From assembly GCA_040954595.2 (NCBI GenBank), contig CM082588.2, positions 1,665,935 to 1,729,934 on the forward strand: a stretch of DNA of 64,000 nt. Direction: 5' to 3'. Positions 24,707-37,500 of the stretch are shown here, in pieces. The stretch is from Balanoglossus misakiensis (lineage: Eukaryota; Animalia; Hemichordata). Numbering within the stretch: position 1 is the first letter of the stretch; each line of letters begins with the position of its first letter. The notes under the pieces were generated by a model. That model made no database searches. It was not told where the DNA came from and was given only the letters and a program-made list of their open reading frames with translations. Position numbers and translations under genes: made by a program.

Positions 24707-27014
24707 CTTGCAAACGCAAACGACGCAGTGTTTACTGATCAAGGTCACGTACTTCCGGGTTTCGATGTTGCGCGCAATGTGTATGCGATATGCGTTGTAG
24801 TTAGTCCTGCGTACATGTCTGTAGGTTCCCGGCGTTAATTAAAGTGAGCTTCGCGCAAGCCTTAAAGCCGCCCGGCCGCGAACCACACGATGTGGGCTAA
24901 AGGCCAACCTGCACGACCCAGTCCACCAGGGCTACAATTATTGCGGCTACGGTTATGCCATATACTGACTCTCCTTGCAAGTCACCGCGTATGTTGCATG
25001 CCCCCCCCCCCCGCCACGTACAGCCACACAGTTAGTAACATGCCCCCTGGCAAATACATTTGCTAGTTTTACCCAGCAATTTCATCATCACTGTCAAGGT
25101 TATCATCAACTTCGAGAACATTTTCTTCTGGCAAATCATATTCCTGTTCATCCTCAATAATTTCTTATATTTCACAATTTGTGATTTCATTATCATCATT
25201 ATTGGTTTCTTCTTCAATAATTTCATCAGTTTCTGTCTGCAGTTCCCTGCCCTTGTTGTTCACACAGTTCAGGCAATTACAGCCTGGGCCACACATCATG
25301 CCCTTCTTTTTGCATTTACATGTATTATTCTTGCATCCTGTTTTCTTACATTTACAATTACACTCTTTTGTGTAAAACATCACACGCTCTTGAACCTTCT
25401 GCATATTTTCCACAGAATCCTACAGTATATTTATTTTCCACATTGTATCCTGAGTTTTCATAAGGAGGAAGTGTAATGTGATGTCGGTGAGCTTGTGACC
25501 ACAGTTCAGAAATAAAACACGTTCTATACCAGTGATATTTTAGTGCAGTGTCATTTGGAATTATCTCTTGCTTTGTCTGCGTTCGTACTTGTATTGTGTC
25601 TCTTATTTTACTCAGCCACTTTGTGTGTAATTCCACCGGACTGTCTGATTGGTTATTTACTTGTATTGTTTTGTACAGATCAAAGGGGCTTGATGATTCT
25701 GAAGAAAATTCACTGTAATGTTTTTGGTAATACAGTGTACCAATAAGACGATAAAATGAAAGTAACCCCCTTTCTCTACAGATGAATTCTGTGTCTGACA
25801 GAGTGCCAGGTGCTACACTCCCGCCTGTAATAAATTCAGCAAATTGATATAAAATTTTCAGAAAAGAGGCTTTACCATACCCAACAAAGAAAGAAATGAA
25901 ATCACACCCACTTGTGATATATAATGTCTGCATTACTTTAGCTCTGATTTCTTTGTCAACTTGTGCTAAATCTGGATCATCAAGGAGTGATTCATAAAGT
26001 TTGTCGACATTTAGAAATCTGCTTTGCATGTCACATAGCAGGAGTAAGGCTTGACTCTCATTCACATTTGTCTTGCATTGTGACAAACGTTTTTTAATCA
26101 TGGTTTCGGCCATAATAATGGACTTGTCTTTTATAAATCTTTGGCGATGCTCATGGCAATGATGTTTTAGAGGTCCTGACATTTTGCACACAGACCGCAG
26201 CGATTTTTTAAACTCTTGCAGTTGATTACACACTGTTTTTATTTGTTTCACTACATTATTTTTAACTTTACACTTATCCCGCATTTTTTTAATACAAATA
26301 TTATATCGATGCTCTGCCAGTCGTACAAATGTGGAAATATGGTACTTGTAAGCTTTGTAATTATTAAATGAAGGCTTGCTAGCACTTTTAAGCCTTGCAT
26401 TTAAAATATTTGCAACTTTTGTTTTTATTTCAGTTGAGTTTGTATACAGAACCTTGTTTTTTTTCCACTTCAGAGCAGGTTTTGTTAATTTGCAACAGTG
26501 CATTTTTACTGACAGAGTTTATGCGTGAACGATGCACCCTCCTTGTCCACAAAGACAAGGATTGACTCCACATACAATCACCATTTTTATGCGTTTTGTG
26601 GTTATCTGTAGTACTTAAGTAGTATAACCCTGGAAGCCAAAAATGCACCAATAAATCCGAAAAAAATCAACTTCCCTGGTAAAACAATAGCAAAGAGATA
26701 GCTATGTTAATGTGAGACGAAAAAATGCACGTTTTAGTCATACACAAGTCCAAAGAATCATGCGTGGCACGTGGATGCACCTCAGTGACACGATCACGAA
26801 CTGATGTAAACAATCAGCAGCGTGTGACCGCCATATTGGATTTTACTGGCGTCGACCACCCAAAACCTACTCAAGTTCAATGGCCCGAAACTCCACTTTG
26901 GGAAGCTTGAGCCAAAACGAAACAATATCCGTTCAAAATATAAGATATAAAACTAATACAAAAAGCACACTTGGAACAATTTTATGCTTGCAAACGGAAA
27001 CGACGCAGTGTTTA
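24707..27014 (+). repeat. 28-bp direct repeat pair inside the transposon (24707-24734 and 26987-27014)
   Basis: CTTGCAAACG(C/G)AAACGACGCAGTGTTTA occurs twice with one mismatch, one copy near each end of the element. Confidence 0.85.
25165..26503 (-). pseudogene. Disrupted transposon protein: XPG-like nuclease C-terminal half plus Cys8/CXC zinc finger
   Basis: ORF 25358-26503 has TSGCDFISFFVGYGK (H3TH/H2TH-like GCD motif) and IIPNDTALKYHWYR...LWSQA. The Cys cluster CNCKCKKTGCKNNTCKCKKKGMMCGPGCNCLNCVN lies in another frame (25165-25413). A frameshift near 25420-25430 and TAG-GAT-TCT-GTG-GAA-AAT (likely a former W-D-S-V-E-N) indicate decay. Confidence 0.75.
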
Positions 27015-28505
27015 TTTTACCACATTCGCTAGACGTAGCGTACAAATAATATCAGAGATCGAACAGAAATACGATAAATTTTCCACTTTCAACTCGATCA
27101 GACGATAGGTTACGTCTATCAAACCTGAGCGACGAAGTTTGGTGGCACAAATCTCACCTTTTGGTGTAGAAAAAGACGATTTTCTGAAAGTGAAAAAATA
27201 CACCAACGGTTCTTGAAGTAATGGTGGCGCTGTTGAAATTCAAAGTAAAATCTTATTAACATATGCAAATCCACTACCCAGTTTCTCGACTGTAGTACAG
27301 AGCTAATGAACGCCACCACTATGTCAACGCGACACAAAATGTCGCTCAAACTGTTCTGCGGAAAATCAATATTCGATTTTTAGCAGACAATCTCCTATAA
27401 AGCTCAACGTTTGGTGGCAATGTTTAGCGTGCGTGTCTGTTTTAGTGGAGTGGGAGGACGGAGGCCAACTGAACAACTGCTCGGTTAGACTGAAAGATTG
27501 GTCGTGTGCGGGCGCTCCATCACCACAGGTAAAACCACGGTCGGTGGGGTGACCGTGGTAACACGCAACGTTTATACTGGATTGGAAATTGTGTTTTTCC
27601 TCAGATTGGGGAAAAAACGTCGCTTGAGGGCTCGCTTCTCCCCGGCCCATCAGAGACAAAAATCTGAGACACTGTTTTGGAGAATACCATCATAAACTGA
27701 TGCGACAACCAGGATTGAGAACTTTGCGCAAAAAGCATTCAGAAAATTCCACTATAGGCCCTAACTACACGACCAAACATTTCTGGCATTTTCGTTGGCG
27801 TTGACTTGGACGCAAACCAACACCAGTGATCAAGATAATTACCAAAAATGAAGACAACTGAACAATCCATCGGCATTGTTTCCTAGAAAAACTATCATGA
27901 TGGACCTTTCATCTCGCTTTGCCATTTTGTCTAGGTTTTGTCCTTTGATTTCTTAGAATTTGACAAAGGCTCTCGAACCACATATTGGTTGAAGATTATT
28001 GTGTAAATGTACCGACTGTCAGTGAAGTTATCGGTTCCCAGGCTCCACACAATTCATATTTTAAACTTGCCCCACTATAGCTCGAAACTGTCGGACTGAT
28101 TTTAAGAACTTTTCGTGGACTTGTATTCCAATATGGAGACAGTCGGTATGTGTTTATACTTCTGGGGAACAGTGTGACGGCAATTTCGTGTTTTTATTCA
28201 ATCAAACCATAGTGACACATAGCGTCACAACCACTGATTGTTATTGTATGTATGTAACGTTGAGCATGAGCTCAGTTATCGGTTTTTTTGCCAATCATTT
28301 CGTGATGATGACAAGTCAGCCCTTGACGTGAGAGGTCGCATAAGAGGTTAATATCCGGGAACTCGACCCACAATGCTTTGCGATATTTTCCAGATTCTGT
28401 CCTGCCAGCTCGAGCATCTATATGTTGAATATGATGTAGAAAGATATGGACATTATGTGGTCGCTTCAACCGAAATGGCTTATTCCTGAGGAAAACTAAC
28501 CAGAC

Positions 28506-31500
28506 ATGTCGGCAAAGGCGACGATGAAGAAATTTGCTAGCATAGGGAGAGTGCTAGACGGGTTGCGATCGGGCTCCAACCCAGCTCCGAAGACAGAAAC
28601 AGAAATCGTTGAAACGCTAACTTCAGAAGACTTCACAGTCAGTAAGGTGAGTGCTCATAAATAAATGGCGATTTTTTTTCTTCAGCGACACAGATAGTTG
28701 GCCTATGATCGAAAATTATCTCCGTTCTGTCATCATAGGTTGTTCGTCATGGATACCCATTTGAGCCAACCGCGATGGCATACGACCCAGTGCAGAATAT
28801 ATTGGTCATTGGCAGCAAAAACGGTTCATTACGAATGTATCCTTAAAATCTTCATTCATTCGAGACGACTATTTTGCCCAGTGATTGTGTGGAGAGAGAG
28901 AGAGAGAGCGAGAGATCGACCTGGTTTCAGGTAAAATAATATTTTCTCAATCATAATATGAATATTTTTCGGATGCAGGGGTATGTAGTTATTTACAAAT
29001 ATGAGAAGGGACAGCATTGGTAAAAAAAAATACAGGGTATTTATATCGTATCATCCATCGCATCGGTGATGCAGTTCATGGGGATGCTCTCTCAACTTGT
29101 CAATTATGTAAATATCGTACGCCTTCTAAGCAATATCGCTTGTAATCACACATATATTGCGAGGCAGAATATCATTTCCGCGCTTTGTTTTCAAATGAGA
29201 AATTGAAACGAACAAGCCCGGCGATGAAATGTACACGCAGGTTTTGTTGTGGGTGGTTTTTAAATGCCTGGGGAACAGCCCACTTTGTACAAATAGACAC
29301 TGCTATACAGCACAGTGCAAGCGAGGTGTAGGTAATATCTAGCACTGACGTCATATGCATATTATATTAATAGGAGTGCATGAAAGATGTAGAGATCAAA
29401 CTGCATTATGAGCATCGGTCTAGTTTGTTGATGTGTAAATAAATGGTAGGCCTTTGAACTTGAAATTGCTAGTGAGAATTAAAATAATCGGGGGGGGGGG
29501 GTTTCATCAATTTGATTTTTAAGTACAATTATGTACTTAGAGGGAAAGCACATATTTACTACAAATTTTTATCAATGCCAAAGGGCATGTCATGTAAGAA
29601 TGACTTATCTGATCTGCTGATGTAGTTTTGCAAGTTTGATTTTTTGTAAAGTTTCTGATTTTAATTTTTTCCAGACAATAATTGTACTACTACATGTATA
29701 TAGAATGATTCTTTTTGCAACATGCAAACTGAAAGTTTTATGTTTGATATTTGCTTTTTATTCTTTAATATATCAGAAATACATAAGATCTCAATCATTT
29801 TATTTATTTTACATCATAAAAGCTTTACACTCATCTCCTAAAATCTAGTGTGATACAAGTAATCTGGTGGCTTTTCCACTGGAGTTCCACCCTATGAGTT
29901 ATTGCCAGGAGAGTTTGGTTCTATAGCCGCAGATTTCCAAGTTAATGACCATTTCATTATACACATAATGTTTACTATATCATTATGTTTATACTATTCT
30001 GCTGTTTGCTTTATGCAGCCATGCATGTATTGATTTTTAATTTCTTTTGTGGCGTAGACTATATAGTTTCATGTATGATTTCTGTCACTGTGTCAGTGTT
30101 GTGTTTTAAACATAGATTACACATCTGTGAATTTATTCAGTCATTTTATACATTCAAACCAGGGACAATACTTTTTATTCAAAACAAGGGCATATGATTA
30201 ACAGTAACCTTTATATTGTATTCTTGTAGTGTGCGGGTTATACTATTTTAACTCGCACATATCATACAAATGTATGTATAGTGACTATAATCAGTAATGA
30301 GGCAATGCTGTTTGTAAAAGATAATGAAAAAAACAGATCTCTATTTAAGTATGGTCTGTCAGTGATGAGTGTGGTCTCCTGTCAAATATCCATCAAGTGT
30401 TAATTGACAGTTTCCTGGAAATACTTTGTCCCTCCATCGCAAAACTGGGGACCGTCACTCTTCAGAATATTGATTGAATTTTTTGTGGTAAACATAGCAT
30501 TCCGTGAGTTACTGATGAACCCCTATGTTCAGAGAATGACATGTGAAACATGGTATTTGAGAAATTCACTATTTCTTACTTCTCAAACTATAACAAGGTG
30601 GAAACACTCAAGATTGAGCTGTCGATGGTTCAGACATATTTTATGTGTAGATGACTAAAAGGGTATTTGAAACCATGTGACGTGAGAAGATATTGATTAA
30701 TTTTTTTATTGAAATACCAGTAGTCAAGCCAAAGTAAAATGCATTACTAATACTGATATAGCATAAATTAATACAGAGACTCTGTGTAATATTGCTCACT
30801 GAATATTATGTTTACATTTGATTAATGCAGGAAATCTGTAGTCTTGCTATCATTACTTAAAGCCCTAAAAGCTGCCAATTTTTGCATTATTTTCATGATT
30901 TTATTTACCAACTTAGATTGGTCCATATAAATAATATTACTAATAGGTACACATTCACATCTCATCGACTCCCGATTGTGGCCGTATGTTGCAATTTGAA
31001 CAAGTGATATATTAAATGGGTGCCACACCCATTTAATAAACCCTGTACAAAGAGTACATAAGTATTATGGTATGCGTCGCCAAGAGATGACAAACTGATG
31101 CAAATACAGGTAATATGGGAGGATTTTAAAGGATAAGGAGAAGATTTAAAGTATTTTATAATTGTAGAAAAAATATGTGAAATTTGGCTGCTCATGGGGC
31201 TTTAATCTTTGAGAATGTTTTTGTATGAACAGGAATTTTGATCATTTAAGAATGTTGGAGACATTGCAAACAAGAGTAGACGATTAAAATTCCATTTGCA
31301 GCTTCATGCACTGGGAAAATCAAATATTTATGTTTCATATAATTTATTTTATTTCTTGTGTTGGTTTCAGTCCAGTGCAGTTCAGTTAGCTGTAGCCAGC
31401 TAATCTTGCAAGCAGTTTTAATTGATTTTAATTAAATTAAATTTTTAGATCCAAGAAAGTTTATTATATTTACTGTGATAGTGTAGGTATGTATTACTGT

Positions 31501-34500
31501 GTATTTAATAAAGATTTTGAAAGACTGATTTTATTTGTAGTTTTAGATATCTGATTTCAAAAAAAGGAATATTATTAACAGTGTCAGTGTTAAAATGTTA
31601 TTGAAAGTTATCGTATATATTTTTATTTGTGCTGTGTAATTTGCATATTTAGAAAAGAATGGACCATTTTCAAAACAATATCTGAAAATCATACAGTAAG
31701 ACTGAAACTTATTGATGTAATTTGAAAGCTGAAAGGCAATTTTGTAAAGTGGCCATGTTATCTTCTGTGATCTGATTCTACAACCATTTACTTGAGTACA
31801 CAGGCATGTCATGTTAGAATGGGTTAATAGTTTTGTAAATCTTACTTCTAAGCAAAAAAAGAGTAGTTCAGGAGATTTCGTCTAGCGATCTGGACTTGAT
31901 TTGAGATCTTGTTGTCCAGTTTGTGTTACAGGAAGTAGGAGTTGCTATGAAATAGTCACGGCTGACTGCTTGCTTTCTTATCCATTGAAAGGTCTTCGGT
32001 AAGCAGACGTGAATGTTCACTACCAAGTACAGTTATATATTAATCTTACGCACACTGTAATTTTCGTTTGTGTAAAACTACAGAGCATTTGATACTTAAA
32101 CATAGCAGAATTTGGGTCGATTGTTGAAATTTTGATTTTAAAAAATCTGGTTTTAATGAAATATGGTACACCTTGAAAAATCATCTTATACATTTCAAAG
32201 GATCAGCCCTGTGGTATGTGAAGGATCAGCTTTGTGTTGTTATGTTGATTTCAAGTGCATTGCACAGTAAACAAAGTTGTTATGTTGGTGTCTATGTAAG
32301 AACTCTTTGCTTATATGATGTGTACACTGAGAGTCAGGGCCAACCCTCCTGGCTGTTCCAGTTGTTATAGATCTCAGCCTATATACATGTATTCTCTTGT
32401 TATTCATCTTTCAACCCTGAGTAATGTTGGCATCTAACAGGTGGTTCTCTCATGACATGACATCAAAATCACCCTTCCATTGGTGTAGTACTCAGTGCAT
32501 CTCATTTATCGAAGTTCATGGTCAGTTTTTAGAATTACAATAAATAGAGCGCTTCTATGAAACACATTTTAGGTCAGTTCTTGCTTGTGTAGGTTTATTC
32601 AGTCTTCATGTAGTATCACATGTATGCCTTATATTTTCACATTATCTACAAGTGACAGTGTTTCAAAGCATATGTGATTCGATCTGGAAAAATCTGGGTG
32701 TAGGTCATGTTGAGTCTGTACCTTGTATGTGCGACAGTATAATGTCTGTCAAAAGCACACACTTTCAGGTAGGAAGGTGTGTTCGCGTTGAAAAACCCCT
32801 AATAGGGCCCAGGCTTCAAATGGCAAACTCAGGTTCTAGTAAAGCTTTATGTAGAGACATGTCAGTGCTGGTACTGTGAGAAGTTGATCTGTAGGAGGAA
32901 AGTGACAGAGGGACTGCAAAAACTACATATAGACGTCACTTTCTATGTTCGTTTGGCTCAATTGTTACAGTGTCTGCATGTTTCTTGTAAATCTAGTTGT
33001 GATATGACAGACAGCTTGTCATTACAAGGGAAGTCAGAGAAGTCTGGTATTTGTGAATCCCAATCATGCTGTATAGTCACTTCTTGTCATCTTTGCAAGT
33101 GTTCAGTAGAGAATTTTAGAACGTTTTCATTTTTGGTTGAATCGTACACGGTTAACAGTCCTAGCAACAATGTACATCATGTGAGTTTGAGGTTGGGAAT
33201 GTGATACCAGCTTAAGGAGTTCAGTGCGTGCTAATTTTAATTTGTCAATCAGTTTTATTCAATTGAGACGCGGCAATCAAATTAAGCAAATGAGTCTGCA
33301 TTTTCTTTTGCACATTAATAGTTAGGTTATTAATTTTAAGAAAAGTTATGTAAAAATGTCATTATTGTCCTAGTCAGTTTTATGACCCATTCTCCCTACG
33401 GTCTTAAAGTCTTCAGATTGTATTTGCAAAGGATTTCAATAAGATGAACACATACCAGGAACTTCCTGAATTTTTTTCATATTTGATAAACACTTTCATG
33501 GTTTCTAAAGAGTTATATAAAGAAAATAGAAATAAAGAATTTTTTAAATTCTGAAATCATATACTGATGTTATCTCCGAATTGCTTTATTGTTTTGCATT
33601 AAATATTGCAGTCCAGATATTGTCCTGGATACAAGTATTTGTGACATGAAACCACTATTTGTGTACCGGGCCTCTGTCTATTTTTTTCCCTGTTCACATT
33701 TAGTCGTGATTATATCAGTCCTGGGAATGCAACCCTGATCTTAATCTGTCCTGTTATCATTTTGTAACATTAGTACAGCCCTCACTGAAAGCAGTTGCTA
33801 TGGCGATGAGAGTGTCATCACATACAATCAGAGAACTTCACCTCACCAAATTATAACTGTAGAGATGCTGTTGCCATAGATACTGATGAAATGGCTTCTC
33901 GTGAAGTACAATCCCTCGCAGCTTTGTTAAGATTGAGGTCACAGGTCATGTGTGAAAGGTCATGGACAAGTCATACTTAAGTATTTAGGGAATTTCATCC
34001 TTTTGATTTTTCCGAAAATATATTTTGTTTTACTTTTCAATAAAGCTGACATTGATAAGTGCTATTGTGAGATTTTTGATAAATGAAATACACCTGAAAT
34101 AGATCCTGATATTACTGGCATTGAAGATTATGGTATAACCGTCGACAATAACTATCTTGTCAAAATTTGCAAACAACAAGTATCCAATGTATCTTAGACT
34201 TCACACTACCAGTTTCCTTTACACCCATCCAACCACACCCCATTTTTCTTCATGGTGAAAAAAAGAACAAAATTTCAGCCACAGCTCCGAGTATTATTTA
34301 TAATGTACATCTACATGTACCACATGGACGTCTAATTAAAATATAAAAAAATAGAATATAACTGTCATTTGAGCACAGAACTGTTCTAATGAAAATGTTC
34401 ATGTAACTGTTTTAATCAGTAAAAAATTAAGTTTATATCAATGTTACATCTTGTTAGTTAATTTAACAGATAATATAATTATCTATTTGTGGGACTTGAC

Positions 34501-37500
34501 TGCCAAGTCATTATCTGCAATTGTTACTTTTTTTAGAAATTAGACATGAAATGTCACTGGCAGGATTGAGACAGTTTTCCGGTAAAATTGAAATAAAATG
34601 GTTAATGAAAATATGAAGTTGAAAGATATTTTTTATTAGATATCTGATAGAAGTCAACTTGGTTTCATTTTTCTGTAAGATGCATTGTGGGAAGTTAGGT
34701 ATTTAAACATTTATTTGCCATCTCTGTGATTGAGGGTTGGCCTTCTGAGGTCTTGTAGTACTTGAAATTTTGTACATGTACAAACATACTCTGGAACTAG
34801 AAGGTAATAGTTATTCCATTCATGTTGCAACAGTGGGGAAAAAAGGTGATTGCTTTCTGCATTGTAGTCAATGAAAAATGAAAGTCAAAATGACATATGG
34901 TGAAAAAATGGCGGTTCAGCGACGAGAGAAAGACGGAGGATATTTTCAGAAATGTAATTCCGCGAACGCATTGAGCTGATGTTGGAACTCGAATTGTTAT
35001 GTATTCAGTTTATTTCTGGGTAATGTTAGTGTTTTGGTCATGGCTCTGGGAATGCATTCAAGGAACTGGTGCATTTTGCTGTGTGTTAAAACGACAAGCA
35101 ACCTCCTGGGATTGTGGACATCAACCTATTAATAGTTGCCGATAGCTACTAATATGCCAAGCAAACTTATATTTATATGGAGCGGTCTCAAGATGCATAG
35201 TTATCACCTTTTAATCATTGAGATTTTTTAATCTAATCTTATTCCATCCATGTTTGGTGGAACTGGAATCCCTCATTATTACTATCTTGTCATGTCTCAT
35301 CAATTTAACACTGCTCATAATTGTGCAGCATCAGTTGGGGACTTCTGTTTATGATTACCAAATTATATGTTTATGGTAATTTTATTTTAAGTTTTTTAAT
35401 CGCAGTAAACCATTTTAGTCAGCTGTCGAGATTGAAAAAATAATTAAATAAAAATTATGTATGTGATTTTACAGGTGTCAACTTCTGATTTATATCTCTA
35501 TGAATTTATGAATTTGAACTTGATATTTTATTTCTGTGCATATTGCAGTGTTTCCAAATTAAGCCACAGTCCATATATGCAAGTACACGTATTTGTGACT
35601 GGACTTTTTGTACAAGAAAAGCTTTCTATTTACAGTACTTTTGAAAATGAGTTTGGGAAAAATAACCACTGAATCCTTTACCGACATTTGGCAGTGATTT
35701 CAATGAATTCCACCACATATATAGATCTATTTCTGGCCACAAGCTTTGCACTGACTAGACACATCTCGGACGGACTTCGAGCTGTCACAGATGCCCAGCA
35801 AATCTTATTGATTTATGTCATGTAATGAGTGGCAATAATGCAGTGTCTTCAAATCAGGCAATGATTAGAAGTGTATTGGTGTGCTTTGAGTGGGAAGAGA
35901 TACTGGTTTACTCCAAATGTCAAAGGTTTGCCGTATCTAGCCATGGGATTCAATTAGATAGAGGTCCTTTCCAATCTGACATTTACTGCGTGTCTGTTGG
36001 AATTTTTAGAGCTCGACTTGTCCAGGGCTGTGATATGAACACAATGTAGAAATTCTGGATGTTTTCTGGAAACAGGACAGTAAATAAATGACCACACTTC
36101 TGTTTAATATTGTTTGTACCATGGTGATCACACATCTCTGTATAGACGTGGCCCCACACAAGGTGATGTAACTGGTGTTGCACTGTCTTCATACTTTTCC
36201 CAGCATCCATTGCAGGTTCTAGTCCATTTCTGAAACCTTGCAATGTGTACATCTGTGGCTGTGCTTTGCTTAATGAGTCACAGCGCTCAAGGTGAAAAGT
36301 AAAAGCAATGTTGTGTATTTACCTGTTATTGGCATTGTGATTATATCGTCTCATCTGTTCCTATATGCATATAAAATGATGGGAAACTATGCTCTCAAAT
36401 ACATATTTTCATGAAAGTAATACACCGGTAGTTCTGATTTCAATACATGTAGTGTACATACAAGTAACCGTCAAGACTTGTTTTAAGATGTCTGGGGAAC
36501 TGAAAGGAAATGATGGGTTCCATAAAATTTTCAGAGAAATGAAAAAGATTATAAGAACAATATCAACTTGACCGGTATGACTGTGAGCATGTCAGTACAG
36601 AGATAATTGTATGAAAGTAAAAAATAAACATTCTCTTATGAAATGCAAATATTGAGTGAGATGTGTGTTAAAAATTCCATTTCTCGGCAGTAGACAAGTT
36701 ATTATTTGAAGAACTGATGGATGCTTCTGGAAGACTGATGCTGAGAATTATTTATAGAGCTTGGAGGATTTGTCTGTCAACATCAAGTTGGGATTAACCC
36801 AGAGCTGTGTCACGGTCAATTTAACCTGAGATCTGTGGAAAAGAACACAGAGAAGATGGTTTGGAATAAAATGTCAGCTAGTGTTAAGTGTACAGGGTAG
36901 CTCATGATGGATAGGATGTAATCTGTCAATCACAGAGTCAGAGTGTGAAATGCAGCTCATGACAGTTTGGCTAGACTCTTGTAGGGGTCAGAGGAGAGTT
37001 GATGTATGAAGCCTGAACTGATGACATTTTGGCTTGAGTTCCATCTGTCTTTGTGTTCATGGCATTGCAATTGTAGTATCCACCAGCCACTGAGTTCTAG
37101 AGTCAGTCTGTGTAGTCTAGCATACAACAGTAGAGTGACAAAAACTGCCTGGTGAGATTGTACATGAAAAACATCACCTGAGACTCGCTTATTATAATTC
37201 TTCAATCTTGATGCAGACTTGATGACTATTAACATATGCCTGTCAATTTGTGTTGCATTTGATGTCATGTGGGTTTGGCCATCCAGTTGTCATTTTGTTT
37301 AGATTTGAGATGTCCAGAGCTATTATGCAGATGTGCCTGAACTGATTTCATTCAGACTTGGTCAGCGACAGTGTACTGTAACATTCGTGTCCATATACTG
37401 TACATTTCATACACGTCAGTTTATATCACATGACTGATTTCATTCCACCATGATTTCCTCCAATGTTTTTGTAATCTATTGATTCTGTGGGGACCATGTC

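Larger units (their letters stand above)
24293..27292 (-). mobile_element. Academ-like (AcademX-type) DNA transposon, internally deleted, 3000 bp
   Basis: 32-bp TIRs: CAGTCGAGAAACTGGGTAGTGAATTTGCATAT at 24293-24324 versus its reverse complement at 27261-27292 (1 mismatch). TAG flanks both ends (24290-24292, 27293-27295), giving a 3-bp TSD. Encloses an XPG/FEN1-like plus Cys-rich ORF remnant. Confidence 0.85.

Noticed and set aside
24223-24738. 171-aa plus-strand ORF
   Set aside because: It crosses the transposon's left TIR/TSD boundary, so it is a chance open frame made of flank plus subterminal DNA; no motifs.
25165-25413. Host tesmin/LIN54- or KIF4-like CXC gene
   Set aside because: The Cys cluster is intronless, frameshifted from the upstream nuclease-like ORF and enclosed by TIRs and a TSD, so it is transposon-derived.
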